A stretch of DNA of 64,000 bases from Candidatus Latescibacterota bacterium (GTDB lineage Bacteria; Latescibacterota; UBA2968; UBA8231), in assembly GCA_965243025.1 (NCBI GenBank), contig CBDETY010000003.1, positions 1,696,001 through 1,760,000 of the forward strand. The letters run 5' to 3'. Below the pieces are notes generated by a model, which had not been told where the DNA came from, did no database searches, and was given only the letters and a program-made list of their open reading frames with translations. Within the stretch, counting starts at the first letter, position 1; each line of letters opens with the position of its first letter. Of this stretch, positions 1 to 9,202 are shown piece after piece. The translations under genes and the position numbers were made by a program.

Positions 1-158
1 CCCTGGTATCTCATCCGGCGACGATTTCGTACTACGATCTGAGTTGGGAAGACCGGCAGGCGATCGGCATTACCGACGAACTGATACGGTATTCCGTCGG
101 CATCGAGGACCCGGAAGATCTCATGAGCGACCTGGCGTCGGCGCTTGCCGCGGTTTGA
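1..158 (+). CDS. 3' end of a Cys/Met metabolism PLP-dependent enzyme (cystathionine gamma-synthase-like), partial
   Basis: Manual translation from nt 3: LVSHPATISYYDLSWEDRQAIGITDELIRYSVGIEDPEDLMSDLASALAAV*. This is the typical trans-sulfuration C-terminus (HPAT...LIRxSVGIED). Confidence 0.85.
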   Translation, partial: LVSHPATISYYDLSWEDRQAIGITDELIRYSVGIEDPEDLMSDLASALAAV

Positions 159-295
159 GGTGCATATCCTGCCCCTGCACGAGGTGCGGTATCCCGGGTC
201 CGGGCGGAGGCTGCGTTTCGTGAAAACGACCGCCGCGATCACCGGGAGCTCCCTCTTTCGGTCCGCACCCTTTTCCCGCCGTTCGAGGTCAGGCG

Positions 296-1333
296 ATGAA
301 TGATGGACCGGCCGGGGTCCCGGCCTCCGGGCAGTCGCTTCCGGGAATCGGTCCACATCGGCCCAGGCGCCTGCGCCGCAGCCCGCTCATCCGCGGCATG
401 GTCCGCGAGACCAGCTTGCGGACCGAAGATCTGGTGATGCCGTTTTTCGTCTGTCCGGGGGAGGGGGTGCAGCGCGAGATCCGGTCGATGCCGGGGAACC
501 ACCAGCTCTCCATCGACCTCCTGGTCGAGCAATGCCGTGAAGTCGCCGGTTTGGGGATTCCAGCCGTACTGCTGTTCGGGATTCCCGGGGAGAAGGATGC
601 GGTCGGGACTTCCGGGTACGACCCGGACGGGATCGTCCCCGCGGCGACCCGCGCAATAAAGGACGCCGGCCTGGACCTGCTCCTCATCGCCGACGTCTGC
701 CTTTGCGAGTACACCGATCACGGGCACTGCGGCCTTCTCGATGATCGAACCGCGGGAATGGACGGTCCCGAGGTCGACAACGACCGCACCGTGGAGTTGC
801 TGGCGCGGGAGGCTCTGGTCTACGCCGAAGCCGGGGCCGACATGATAGCCCCTTCCGACATGATGGACGGGCGCATCGGACGAATCAGGGCGATGCTCGA
901 TGGCAACGGTTTCGCGGGCGTTCCCATCATGTCGTACGCGGCGAAGTACGCCTCCGCTTTCTACGGGCCGTTCCGGGAAGCCGCCGAGTCGGCGCCGCAG
1001 ACCGGGGACAGGCGCGGCTACCAGATGGATCCTCCCAACAGGCGCGAAGCGATGCGGGAAATCGAGCTCGACCTGGCGGAGGGTGCCGACATCATCATGG
1101 TAAAACCGGCGCTGGCCTACCTCGATGTGCTGGGCGAAGCCCGGCGGCGTTTCGATGTCCCCCTCGCCGCCTACAACGTCAGCGGCGAGTTCGCGATGGT
1201 CAAAGCGGCGGCGGAGAAGGGCTGGATCGACGAGGTGCGCATCAGGGACGAAATTCTTGTCGGAATCAAAAGGGCAGGAGCAGACCTGATCATCACATAC
1301 TTCGCCAGAGATGTCGCCCCAGGCCTCGGCTGA
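296..1333 (+). CDS. hemB: Porphobilinogen synthase (delta-aminolevulinate dehydratase)
   Basis: Motifs [39 protein letters not shown] and MVKPAL. Confidence 0.97.
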   Translation: MNDGPAGVPASGQSLPGIGPHRPRRLRRSPLIRGMVRETSLRTEDLVMPFFVCPGEGVQREIRSMPGNHQLSIDLLVEQCREVAGLGIPAVLLFGIPGEKDAVGTSGYDPDGIVPAATRAIKDAGLDLLLIADVCLCEYTDHGHCGLLDDRTAGMDGPEVDNDRTVELLAREALVYAEAGADMIAPSDMMDGRIGRIRAMLDGNGFAGVPIMSYAAKYASAFYGPFREAAESAPQTGDRRGYQMDPPNRREAMREIELDLAEGADIIMVKPALAYLDVLGEARRRFDVPLAAYNVSGEFAMVKAAAEKGWIDEVRIRDEILVGIKRAGADLIITYFARDVAPGLG

Positions 1334-1384
1334 ACGGCGAGATCGCCAGTTCCCGCCCTGCGCCGTCGGCGGCAGCGGTAAGGA

Positions 1385-2329
1385 ATGAAGAACTACCTGA
1401 AAATCATGGCGGGATCGAGCAACCCTGAGCTCGCCCGGGAAATCTGCGATTATCTCGACTGCCCCCCGGGACGTCTGTCGATCGATCGCGCCTCAAACGA
1501 CACCATCAAGGTCCAGATCAACGAGAACGTCCGGGAGGACGACGTCTTTGTAGTTCAAACCTCCTGTCCGCCGGTGAATGACCACTTCATCGAGCTCCTG
1601 CTCATTATCGACGCCCTGAAATACGCCTCGGCGCGCCGCATAACCGCGGTGTTGCCTTACTACCCTTACGTGCGCTCCGACAAGAAGGACGAGCCGCGGA
1701 TTTCCATCAGCGCCCGTCTCGTCGCCGATCTGCTGGAAACGGCAGGCGCCGACCGCATCCTGACCATGACCCTTCATTCGCCCCAGATCGCCGCTTTTTC
1801 GCGCATCCCGGTCGATCAGCTGTGGGCGACCAACCTGCTGTGCAATCACCTGTTGCAGACCCGGGATCTCACCAACGCGGTGGTGGTTTCTCCCGACGTC
1901 GGCAGCGCTTACGAGGCGAACCACTACGCCCGCCGCCTCGAGCTTCCCCTCGCCATCATGGACAAGAGGAGAAAGGGGGACGACGAGGTCGCCGAGGTGC
2001 AGACCGTCATCGGCGACATCGAGGGCCGGGACGCGCTTCTGTTCGACGACGAGGTGCTGACCGGCAGCTCGATGATGGAGGCCATCCGCCTGCTCAAGGA
2101 CCGCGGGGCCCGGCGCATCCTGGCGGGATGTACCCACGGGGTTTTTTCAGGCGACGCCATCGCCCGCATAGAAGCCTCCCCGGTAGAGCTGTTTCTGAAG
2201 ACCAACACCGTACCGATGCCGCCCGGAACAGGTGCGGAAAAGATCGAGGCGATCTCGGTCGCGCGCCTTTTCGGCGATGCGATCAAGGCCATCCATCACG
2301 GGGAGTCGGTCAGCCGCCTGCTCGACTGA
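1385..2329 (+). CDS. prs: Ribose-phosphate pyrophosphokinase, paralog 1
   Basis: Motifs ITAVLPYYPYVRSDKK, LHSPQI, DKRR, FDDEVLTGSS and THGVF. Confidence 0.92.
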   Translation: MKNYLKIMAGSSNPELAREICDYLDCPPGRLSIDRASNDTIKVQINENVREDDVFVVQTSCPPVNDHFIELLLIIDALKYASARRITAVLPYYPYVRSDKKDEPRISISARLVADLLETAGADRILTMTLHSPQIAAFSRIPVDQLWATNLLCNHLLQTRDLTNAVVVSPDVGSAYEANHYARRLELPLAIMDKRRKGDDEVAEVQTVIGDIEGRDALLFDDEVLTGSSMMEAIRLLKDRGARRILAGCTHGVFSGDAIARIEASPVELFLKTNTVPMPPGTGAEKIEAISVARLFGDAIKAIHHGESVSRLLD

Positions 2330-2358
2330 CGGAGCCGCCCCAAGCCCTTGAGGATCAC

Positions 2359-2520
2359 ATGGCGAGCAGATTCAGTATCATCTTCGAGTTGTGGGCCTTT
2401 ATGCAGGTGCGGAAGAAGTGGTGGCTGGGACCGATTTTCGCCACCCTTGTCCTGCTCGGGATGCTGATCGTCCTCACCGAGGGATCGGCGCTTGCTCCAT
2501 TCATTTACACGCTTTTCTGA
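2359..2520 (+). CDS. Small membrane protein, DUF5989-like (53 aa)
   Basis: MASRFSIIFELWAFMQVRKKWWLGPI...GSALAPFIYTLF, with GAGG RBS upstream. It is the C-terminal part of track ORF 1822..2520. Confidence 0.85.
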   Translation: MASRFSIIFELWAFMQVRKKWWLGPIFATLVLLGMLIVLTEGSALAPFIYTLF

Positions 2521-2571
2521 TGGTGGACCGATTCCCGAATCCACAGTCGCTCACCCACCTTTCCCGCCTCT

Positions 2572-2601
2572 TTGACTGCCGGAACCCGGGAGACTTATGT
2601 T
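2572..2601 (+). promoter_or_regulatory. Putative sigma70 promoter for the apt operon
   Basis: TTGACT-N18-TATGTT in an AT-rich patch upstream of apt. Confidence 0.4.
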
Positions 2602-2681
2602 AATATGTAACAGTAAGTTCCGTCATTTTTTCGACGCCCTCCCCGCAGCGATACGGGCCCGGGATCAGCGGTCGAACACCT

Positions 2682-3227
2682 ATGGACAGTGTCGGTAAGG
2701 CCGAGGTCGATCGCTTGACTGATTTGATCAGGGACATCCCCGACTTTCCGAAACCGGGGATACTTTACCGGGACATTACCACCCTGCTCAAAGACCGATC
2801 CGGGTTGAGGGCGGCGGTCGCGGCGATGGCCGCCCCTTTCGGCGCCCCCGAGGTAGACATGGTCGTCGGGGTGGAAGCACGCGGCTTCATTCTCGGGGCT
2901 CCTATCGCGGTCTCCCTCGATTGCGGGTTCGTTCCGGTGCGGAAGTCCGGAAAGCTGCCTGGAGACGTTGTCGGGCAAGAGTACGAACTGGAATACGGGA
3001 CCTCGGAGGTGGAAGTACACCGCGATGCCCTGCACCCCGGGGACCGGGTGCTGATGGTAGACGACGTTCTCGCAACGGGCGGCACAATGGCTGCTTCCTG
3101 CCGCCTGCTCGAACAGCTCGGGGCAAACATCGCCGCAGTCAGTTTCCTGGTCGAGCTGAATGCTCTCCGGGGGCGCGACCGGCTCGGCCGGTACCGCGTC
3201 GAGTCTGTCATACAATATCCCGATTGA
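2682..3227 (+). CDS. apt: Adenine phosphoribosyltransferase
   Basis: Motifs PDFPKPGI, EARGF, RKSGKLP, YELEYG and VDDVLATGGT. Confidence 0.97.
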   Translation: MDSVGKAEVDRLTDLIRDIPDFPKPGILYRDITTLLKDRSGLRAAVAAMAAPFGAPEVDMVVGVEARGFILGAPIAVSLDCGFVPVRKSGKLPGDVVGQEYELEYGTSEVEVHRDALHPGDRVLMVDDVLATGGTMAASCRLLEQLGANIAAVSFLVELNALRGRDRLGRYRVESVIQYPD

Positions 3228-3242
3228 CGACAAAGGTGCCAG

Positions 3243-3905
3243 ATGGCAAAGAGGGAAAGACCTACCAGGGCAGAGCTCGAGGAAGACCGTTTCGTCGAGT
3301 GGATCATGCAGGCCGCGGACTTCCTGAAGGAGCGGATGCAGTTCGTCATCGCCGCCGCCGCAGCGGCGGTGGTGATCGTCGTGCTGATCACCTACATGCG
3401 CAGCGCCGAGGAAAAGGCACGCCTGGAAGCGTCGGCGAAGTTCGGCCAGGTTCTGATAGCGGACGCGAACGGGGAGGCAACGCAGGCGATGGAGATCGCC
3501 GAACACCTGATCAGGGAAAATCCCGGGACCCCCGCGGCGGCCCAGGGAGTGGTCTACCTGGCCAACCGCTACTTCCACCAGGGTCGGCTCGACGAAGCCC
3601 AACGCCTGTACGAAACATACCTCGAGGACTACGGGGATGTGGACGTTCTCGTGTTCGCTGCCTGGAGCGGTGTAGCGGCCTGCATCGAATCGCAGGGGCA
3701 GTTCGCCCGGGCGGCGCAAAAATACGAGCAGTTTGCCGACCGGCACGATGGACAGCAGGGGGCACTGGCCCTGATGAGCGCTTCACGCTGTTTCGCCCTG
3801 GCCGGTGACACCGCGGCGCAGAAGAAGGCTCTGGGCCGAATCGCGCGCGATTTTCCCACCTCTCCCCTTGTCGCCAAGGCCCGCGAGCAACTGAGGAGGC
3901 TGTGA
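3243..3905 (+). CDS. Membrane-anchored TPR protein (YfgM-like)
   Basis: One N-terminal TM segment followed by helical TPR-like repeats. Confidence 0.75.
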   Translation: MAKRERPTRAELEEDRFVEWIMQAADFLKERMQFVIAAAAAAVVIVVLITYMRSAEEKARLEASAKFGQVLIADANGEATQAMEIAEHLIRENPGTPAAAQGVVYLANRYFHQGRLDEAQRLYETYLEDYGDVDVLVFAAWSGVAACIESQGQFARAAQKYEQFADRHDGQQGALALMSASRCFALAGDTAAQKKALGRIARDFPTSPLVAKAREQLRRL

Positions 3906-3930
3906 GCAGGCTGCTGTCAGCGGAGAAGGG

Positions 3931-4869
3931 GTGATGACCAACAAGCTCAAGGTCTTCGCAGGAAACAGCAATCCCGACCTCGCGGCGAGAATCTGCGAAT
4001 CGCTGGGGGTGGCGCCGGGGGGCCTCGAGATCATCCGTTTCAGCAACGAAAACCTCAAGGTCAAGATCTGCGAGAACGTCCGCGGCTGCGACGTCTTTTT
4101 CATTCAGACCTCCTGCGCTCCGGTCAGCGAGCACCTGATGGAATTGCTCATCGCCCTGGACGCTTTGAAGTTCGCTTCCGCCGGACGCATCACCGCGGTA
4201 TTGCCATACTACCCGTATTCGCTCGCCGACAGCAAGGACGAACCCCGCATATCGGTCGCCGGCCGGCTGATGGCCGACCTGCTCACCGAGGCAGGCGCCG
4301 ACCGCATCCTCACCATGACCCTGCACAGCCCCCAGATCATGGGGTTCTGCAGAATACCGGTCGATCAGCTCAGTGGGGTTTCAACCATTTGCGAGGACTT
4401 TCGCAGCAGGGAAATAGAGAATGCCGTCGCCGTCGCACCCGACATCAGCCGCGCCAAGGTCACCGAGGGATACGCGCGTCATCTCGGGTTGCCGCTCGTA
4501 GTCCTCGACAACCGGCGAACTCAGGAAGGGGAGGCCGGGGACATCGGCGCAATCGGTGACGTCGAGGGAAAAAATGCCATTCTGTTCGACGATGAAATAA
4601 TAACGGGGGACTCCGTAATTGCCGGCTCCGAGGCTTTGGTAGCAAGGGGCGCTGAAACGATCTACGCGGGATGCGTGCACGGCACCCTCGCTGAAGCCGC
4701 TCTCCCCAGGATCGACAAGTCCATTCTGGCGGGGTTGACGGTGACCGACACGATCCCGCAGGCTCCCGAGGAAGACCACTCCAAACTCACCGTCCGTTCC
4801 GTGGCCGACCACTTCGCCAACGCGATAAAGGCGATTCACGAAGAGACTTCCATCAGTGCTCTCTTCTGA
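3931..4869 (+). CDS. prs: Ribose-phosphate pyrophosphokinase paralog 2 (degenerate catalytic motifs)
   Basis: Colinear with paralog 1, but has YPYSLADSK and DNRR in place of YxRxDxK and DKRR. Confidence 0.85.
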   Translation: MMTNKLKVFAGNSNPDLAARICESLGVAPGGLEIIRFSNENLKVKICENVRGCDVFFIQTSCAPVSEHLMELLIALDALKFASAGRITAVLPYYPYSLADSKDEPRISVAGRLMADLLTEAGADRILTMTLHSPQIMGFCRIPVDQLSGVSTICEDFRSREIENAVAVAPDISRAKVTEGYARHLGLPLVVLDNRRTQEGEAGDIGAIGDVEGKNAILFDDEIITGDSVIAGSEALVARGAETIYAGCVHGTLAEAALPRIDKSILAGLTVTDTIPQAPEEDHSKLTVRSVADHFANAIKAIHEETSISALF

Positions 4870-4948
4870 CTACCGGGGTGGCTGCAGCATGCCTCTCAAG
4901 CCGGGTTTCCGTGGGGCAGTCCCCCCGGATCGTCGCTGAAACCGTTCG

Positions 4949-5671
4949 GTGAAATACGCCATCCTCGCTGACGTACACGCCAACCTCGAAGCTCTCGAGG
5001 CGGTGCTGATCGCCGCGGAAAAAGAGGGAGCCGATCACTTCGTTGCCGTCGGGGACATCGTCGGCTACGGTGCGGACCCGGTCGCCTGCGTCAACAGACT
5101 GCGGGAGCACGAGTTCGTGTGCGTGCTCGGGGATCACGACCAGGCCCTTGTCGACAGCAGACAGTCCCGAAGCTTGAACGCCTTGGCCCGCAATGCGATC
5201 CTGCGTTCACGCGATCTCGTTTCCGAAACCGAGCTCGACTACATCCGCCACTTCGGCTTCCGGCACGTTGAATTCGATGCTGTTTTCGCCCACGCAAATC
5301 CGGTCCGGCCCGAGAACTGGCTGCACCTGGTTCTTCACCGGGACATCTCCTGGTGTCTCGAGCGGCTGGACTGGAGGGTCGCCTTCGTCGGCCATACCCA
5401 TTACCCGGGGATCTATTGCCGAACCGGAGGCCAGGTGACCTCGCTCACTTCATCGGAAGTCTCGGTGGGACCGCATCGGTATCTCGTCAACCCCGGGAGC
5501 GTCGGACAGCCTCGGGACGGGGACCGCAGGGCCTCGTACGCACTCTGGGATGTTGACTCGGAGTATGTCCAGCTGCGCCGGGTCGAGTACCCCGTCGAGA
5601 GGACGCAGGATAAACTCCGCCAGGCTGACTGGCCCGAATACCTGGCCGAGCGCCTCGGAAGAGGGGAATAG
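4949..5671 (+). CDS. Calcineurin-like metallophosphoesterase (YfcE/MJ0936-like)
   Basis: Motifs DVHAN, GDIVGYG, GDHD, GHTH and NPGSVGQPRDGD. Confidence 0.9.
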   Translation: MKYAILADVHANLEALEAVLIAAEKEGADHFVAVGDIVGYGADPVACVNRLREHEFVCVLGDHDQALVDSRQSRSLNALARNAILRSRDLVSETELDYIRHFGFRHVEFDAVFAHANPVRPENWLHLVLHRDISWCLERLDWRVAFVGHTHYPGIYCRTGGQVTSLTSSEVSVGPHRYLVNPGSVGQPRDGDRRASYALWDVDSEYVQLRRVEYPVERTQDKLRQADWPEYLAERLGRGE

Positions 5672-5677
5672 TCGAGG

Positions 5678-6598
5678 ATGAGGGGCCTTGTGCTGCGGGT
5701 TTCCGGGCTGCAATCGACCGTAGAGGCGGATGGCAGGAGCTGGCAATGCGAGCTTCGAGGCCGGATGAAATCGGGGCCGCGGGAAATCCAGTCTCCGGTC
5801 GCTACCGGGGACTGGGTCGAATTCGAGCCTACGACCGAATCTACCGGCGTTATCGAGGAACGCCATCCCAGGCATTCCAAGCTTTCCCGTGCGATGGCGG
5901 GAAAGCGGCCATGCGAACAGATTCTCGCCGCCAATGTCGATTGCTTCGCCGTGGTCGTGGCCGCCCGTCAGCCAGCCGTCAGCCCGGGGTTCATTGACCG
6001 CGCCCTGGTGATGGCTCAGGAAGGAAAGGTCGAGCCCCTGATCTGTCTCAACAAAATCGACCTCTTGAAGGACCCGGCGGTGCATGAAGTAGTGCGCATC
6101 TACGGGGACCTGGGATACCGCGTACTTCTCACTTCGGCAAGGACGGGGGAGGGGATCGACGCCTTGGCGGAGACGCTGGCCGGCCGCGTGTCGGCGCTCG
6201 TGGGACAGTCCGGTGTCGGCAAATCCACAATTCTCAACTGCATCGACCCGGGCCTCGACCTTTCTACGGCCGGGCTGATGAAAAGGCACGACCGCGGGCG
6301 CCATACCACGACTGCCGTTCACCTTCACAGGCTGCGGCGCGGCGGTTACGTCGCCGATACCCCAGGGGTCAAGTCGCTGCAGCCGTGGGGAATCAACCGC
6401 CGACAGCTCACCAGGTATTTCGTCGAAATGGCGCCCTTGGCCGGACGGTGCCGGTTCCGGGACTGCACCCACATCCGCGAGCCCGGGTGTGCGATTCGCG
6501 ACGCGGTGGAGTCCGGGAGGATAACGGGCGTGCGCTACGAGGGCTTCAAGCGCATCCAGGAAAGCCTTCCGGAGCCGACAGCCGAATGTCGGAACTGA
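5678..6598 (+). CDS. rsgA: Small ribosomal subunit biogenesis GTPase
   Basis: Motifs NKIDL, GQSGVGKST, GRHTTT, DTPG and the CRFRDCTH..EPGC zinc finger. Confidence 0.97.
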   Translation: MRGLVLRVSGLQSTVEADGRSWQCELRGRMKSGPREIQSPVATGDWVEFEPTTESTGVIEERHPRHSKLSRAMAGKRPCEQILAANVDCFAVVVAARQPAVSPGFIDRALVMAQEGKVEPLICLNKIDLLKDPAVHEVVRIYGDLGYRVLLTSARTGEGIDALAETLAGRVSALVGQSGVGKSTILNCIDPGLDLSTAGLMKRHDRGRHTTTAVHLHRLRRGGYVADTPGVKSLQPWGINRRQLTRYFVEMAPLAGRCRFRDCTHIREPGCAIRDAVESGRITGVRYEGFKRIQESLPEPTAECRN

Positions 6599-7533
6599 CG
6601 ATAGATGCGCTGCTGAAACAGTACGGGCGCCCGCTGGGCCTGCGTCTGCTCGCCGGGGACAAGGGGATCGGACGCACCATCAACAGCGCCGACGCCAACC
6701 GTCCGGGGCTGACCCTTACCGGTTTCGTCGAGATCTTCACATTCGCCCCGGTCCAGATCCTCGGCAATCTCGAAATCGACTACCTCCGCAGCCTGCCTCC
6801 GGACCGGCGCCTGCAGGCACTGGAGATCATCTACCAGTTCGAACTCCCCTGTATCGTGGTGACCGGCCGCGGCCGCTTGCTTCCCGAGCTGAGAATCCTC
6901 GCAAACAAGAACAACATCCCCCTGCTCAGAACGGAATTCGACACAACCAAGTTCATCCACCTCCTGCACTTCTACCTCGATCCTGTCTTTTCTCCCCAGG
7001 TCACCATGCACGGCACCCTCGTCGACGTCCACGGAGTCGGCCTTCTCGTCGTCGGTCGCAGCTCCATTGGCAAGAGCGAAATCGGCCTCGACCTGGTGGA
7101 GAGGGGGCACCGCCTGGTCGCCGACGACACCGTTATCATCACCAGGCAGGCCCAGGGCATCCTCGTAGGACGCAGCCCCGAGCTGTTGCAGGATCACATG
7201 GAGATCCGGGGAATCGGCGTCGTCGACATCAAGAGGCTGTTCGGAATCGGCGGCACCCGCCGGCAGAAGAGGGTGGAAGTGATGGTGACCCTGGTAGACT
7301 GGCAGGCGGATTTCGACTACGAGCGCATCGGGATCGACGACAAGGGCAAGCTTATTCTCGGGGTCGAGGTCCCGGAGATCACCGTGCCGATCTTCCCGGG
7401 TAAAAACATCACCGTGATTGCCGAGGCAATTGCCTTCAACTACCTGCTGCGTCTCGACGGCTATCACGCTGCCCAGGAGTTCAACAAGCGGCTGATCAGA
7501 AGGATGCAGCGCAAGAAGCGGGGCGACTCCTGA
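6586..7533 (+). CDS. hprK: HPr kinase/phosphorylase
   Basis: Motifs NRPGL, HGTLVDV, GKSEIGLDLVERGHRLVADD and MEIRGIG. Start moved to ATG 6586. Confidence 0.95.
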   Translation: MSELTIDALLKQYGRPLGLRLLAGDKGIGRTINSADANRPGLTLTGFVEIFTFAPVQILGNLEIDYLRSLPPDRRLQALEIIYQFELPCIVVTGRGRLLPELRILANKNNIPLLRTEFDTTKFIHLLHFYLDPVFSPQVTMHGTLVDVHGVGLLVVGRSSIGKSEIGLDLVERGHRLVADDTVIITRQAQGILVGRSPELLQDHMEIRGIGVVDIKRLFGIGGTRRQKRVEVMVTLVDWQADFDYERIGIDDKGKLILGVEVPEITVPIFPGKNITVIAEAIAFNYLLRLDGYHAAQEFNKRLIRRMQRKKRGDS

Positions 7534-7660
7534 ACCTCCCACATTCCCCGATGCGCGTTGATCTCACCTGGGCCCCGGGGTATTTTCCAACGGATCTCCC
7601 GGCGTTCAGCCCCCCTGCCTTCAATCGGGCCCGCAGCCGTTCATTTCCCAGAGCAGGTCG

Positions 7661-8560
7661 ATGCCCCACCCGGTGTTCGAGCTGGCCATCGTCGGCTCGG
7701 ATCGCATCGCCGAGCACGAAGCTGCAATTCGAAAGCAGCCCTATCTGCACCTGTCAACTCGCATTGGGGAATCACCCACTGACCGGGTATCGAGTTCCGG
7801 GACGTTTGGAGATTTCGATTTCAACGCCGCCGATATCGGAGCTGTCGTCGTCAGCACGCCAGCCTCCGAAAGGGAGTACTGGACTCTCAAGAGCGCTCGC
7901 GCCAACAAGGCCGTCATTGTCGACGGCCCTCCGGCCGGATCGTCAGCGGGACTGCTGGAATTGCGGCGCCTCGACCAGTGCATGGGGGAGCAGGTCCTCA
8001 TGGCCTCGACCGTTCTGTCATCGGACATCGCCAGGGACCTGCTGGCAGCACGCGGCCGCCTCGGGCGCTGCCTGTACATGGATCTCCACATGAGCATTCC
8101 GAAGGAGTCGCTTCCGTCCACCCGTTCGGGGATCGCCTCCCTGGGTGCGACCGAGCTGCTGCTGTTGAGCGAGCGTTTCTCCGGGCCTCTCGATTCCGTC
8201 CACGCCCGCAGCCGCAGCCTGCTGACCAACCGGCCCGGCGAAGACGCGGTCTGGGCAATGCTCCGGTTTTTCAACGGCGTCGAGGGAGTGCTGCAAGTGC
8301 GCGGACTCGACTCCACGGAACGGGCGACAATTACCGTCCATGGGACCGAGGGCACACTGAAGCTGTCGACCAGCCTTTCCCGGCAGACCGGAGAAATACG
8401 GGACAGACAGTACGAGAACCTCGTTCAGGTTCTGACGGGACACGGCAAACCGGCGTGTGGGGTCCGGGACATCCACCGCTGCCTTTTCCTGGGCACCTGG
8501 CTGGATCAGTCGGCCCGCCAGGACCGCGAGCTTTTCAGTTCCGACGTACGGGTTGAGTGA
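7661..8560 (+). CDS. Divergent Gfo/Idh/MocA-like oxidoreductase-fold protein
   Basis: LAIVG, AVVVSTP, KAVIVDGP (EKP-equivalent), EDAVWAMLRFFNG and VHGTEGTL. Confidence 0.6.
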   Translation: MPHPVFELAIVGSDRIAEHEAAIRKQPYLHLSTRIGESPTDRVSSSGTFGDFDFNAADIGAVVVSTPASEREYWTLKSARANKAVIVDGPPAGSSAGLLELRRLDQCMGEQVLMASTVLSSDIARDLLAARGRLGRCLYMDLHMSIPKESLPSTRSGIASLGATELLLLSERFSGPLDSVHARSRSLLTNRPGEDAVWAMLRFFNGVEGVLQVRGLDSTERATITVHGTEGTLKLSTSLSRQTGEIRDRQYENLVQVLTGHGKPACGVRDIHRCLFLGTWLDQSARQDRELFSSDVRVE

Positions 8561-8564
8561 ACCG

Positions 8565-9182
8565 ATGCAGGAGCGCGAACCGGGAGCAAGGCCTTCGCTG
8601 TCCAACCCGGAGACGCCGTCCATCGGGCCGGTCAGATTGGCCCTGATGCTGGCCTCCGGGCTGATGGCCGTGCTCGTTCTGATAAACGCGCTGGGTGGGG
8701 GAGCAACCCCGGTTGACGAGGACAGGTTCCTCGAGCTCGCGCAGGCGGGAGTGGTTGAAAGCATCGTTATCGAGGGGCCGGTGAGTCTGACCGCGGAGTT
8801 GCGCAGCGCTGTCAACTTGCGCGATGCAGGCGACCCGCGCGCCCCCGAATACGTCGAAAACCAGGGAGGAGGGGCGGCCAGCTCTGTCTTCGTCGAGTTC
8901 AGCCAGCCGATCTCCGCGGCGCAGCGGGTGGTGTGGCGCAACCTCGGGATTCCCGTGAGGGAAGGGGAGCCGGGTTCCAGCCGCAGAAGCGGGCTTTGGG
9001 CAGCCATCGTGTTCGGCATGCTCGGTCTGGGGATCTGGCACCTGGTAACCCAGGCGAGAAACAACCTCCGGTTCGGCAGCCCGCGTCAGCTGCTTCAGGA
9101 AGTCGAAAGCCAGTTCCGTGAAGGACTGATCTCGAGGGAGGAGCGCGACCGCAAGGTGGAGGAAATCTCCGCTCGGCTCTGA
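8565..9182 (+). CDS. Two-TM hypothetical protein (FtsH-extracellular-like loop, SHOCT-like C-terminus)
   Basis: Layout is TM, FLELAQAGVVESIVI loop, TM, then QFREGLISREERDRK. Confidence 0.55.
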   Translation: MQEREPGARPSLSNPETPSIGPVRLALMLASGLMAVLVLINALGGGATPVDEDRFLELAQAGVVESIVIEGPVSLTAELRSAVNLRDAGDPRAPEYVENQGGGAASSVFVEFSQPISAAQRVVWRNLGIPVREGEPGSSRRSGLWAAIVFGMLGLGIWHLVTQARNNLRFGSPRQLLQEVESQFREGLISREERDRKVEEISARL

Positions 9183-9202
9183 CTCGCAATGCGTCAAAAA
9201 CC

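Noticed and set aside
2595-2605. TTATGTTAATA resembling a XerD arm
   Set aside because: There is no matching ATAA left arm 6 bp upstream; it is better explained as a promoter or operator.
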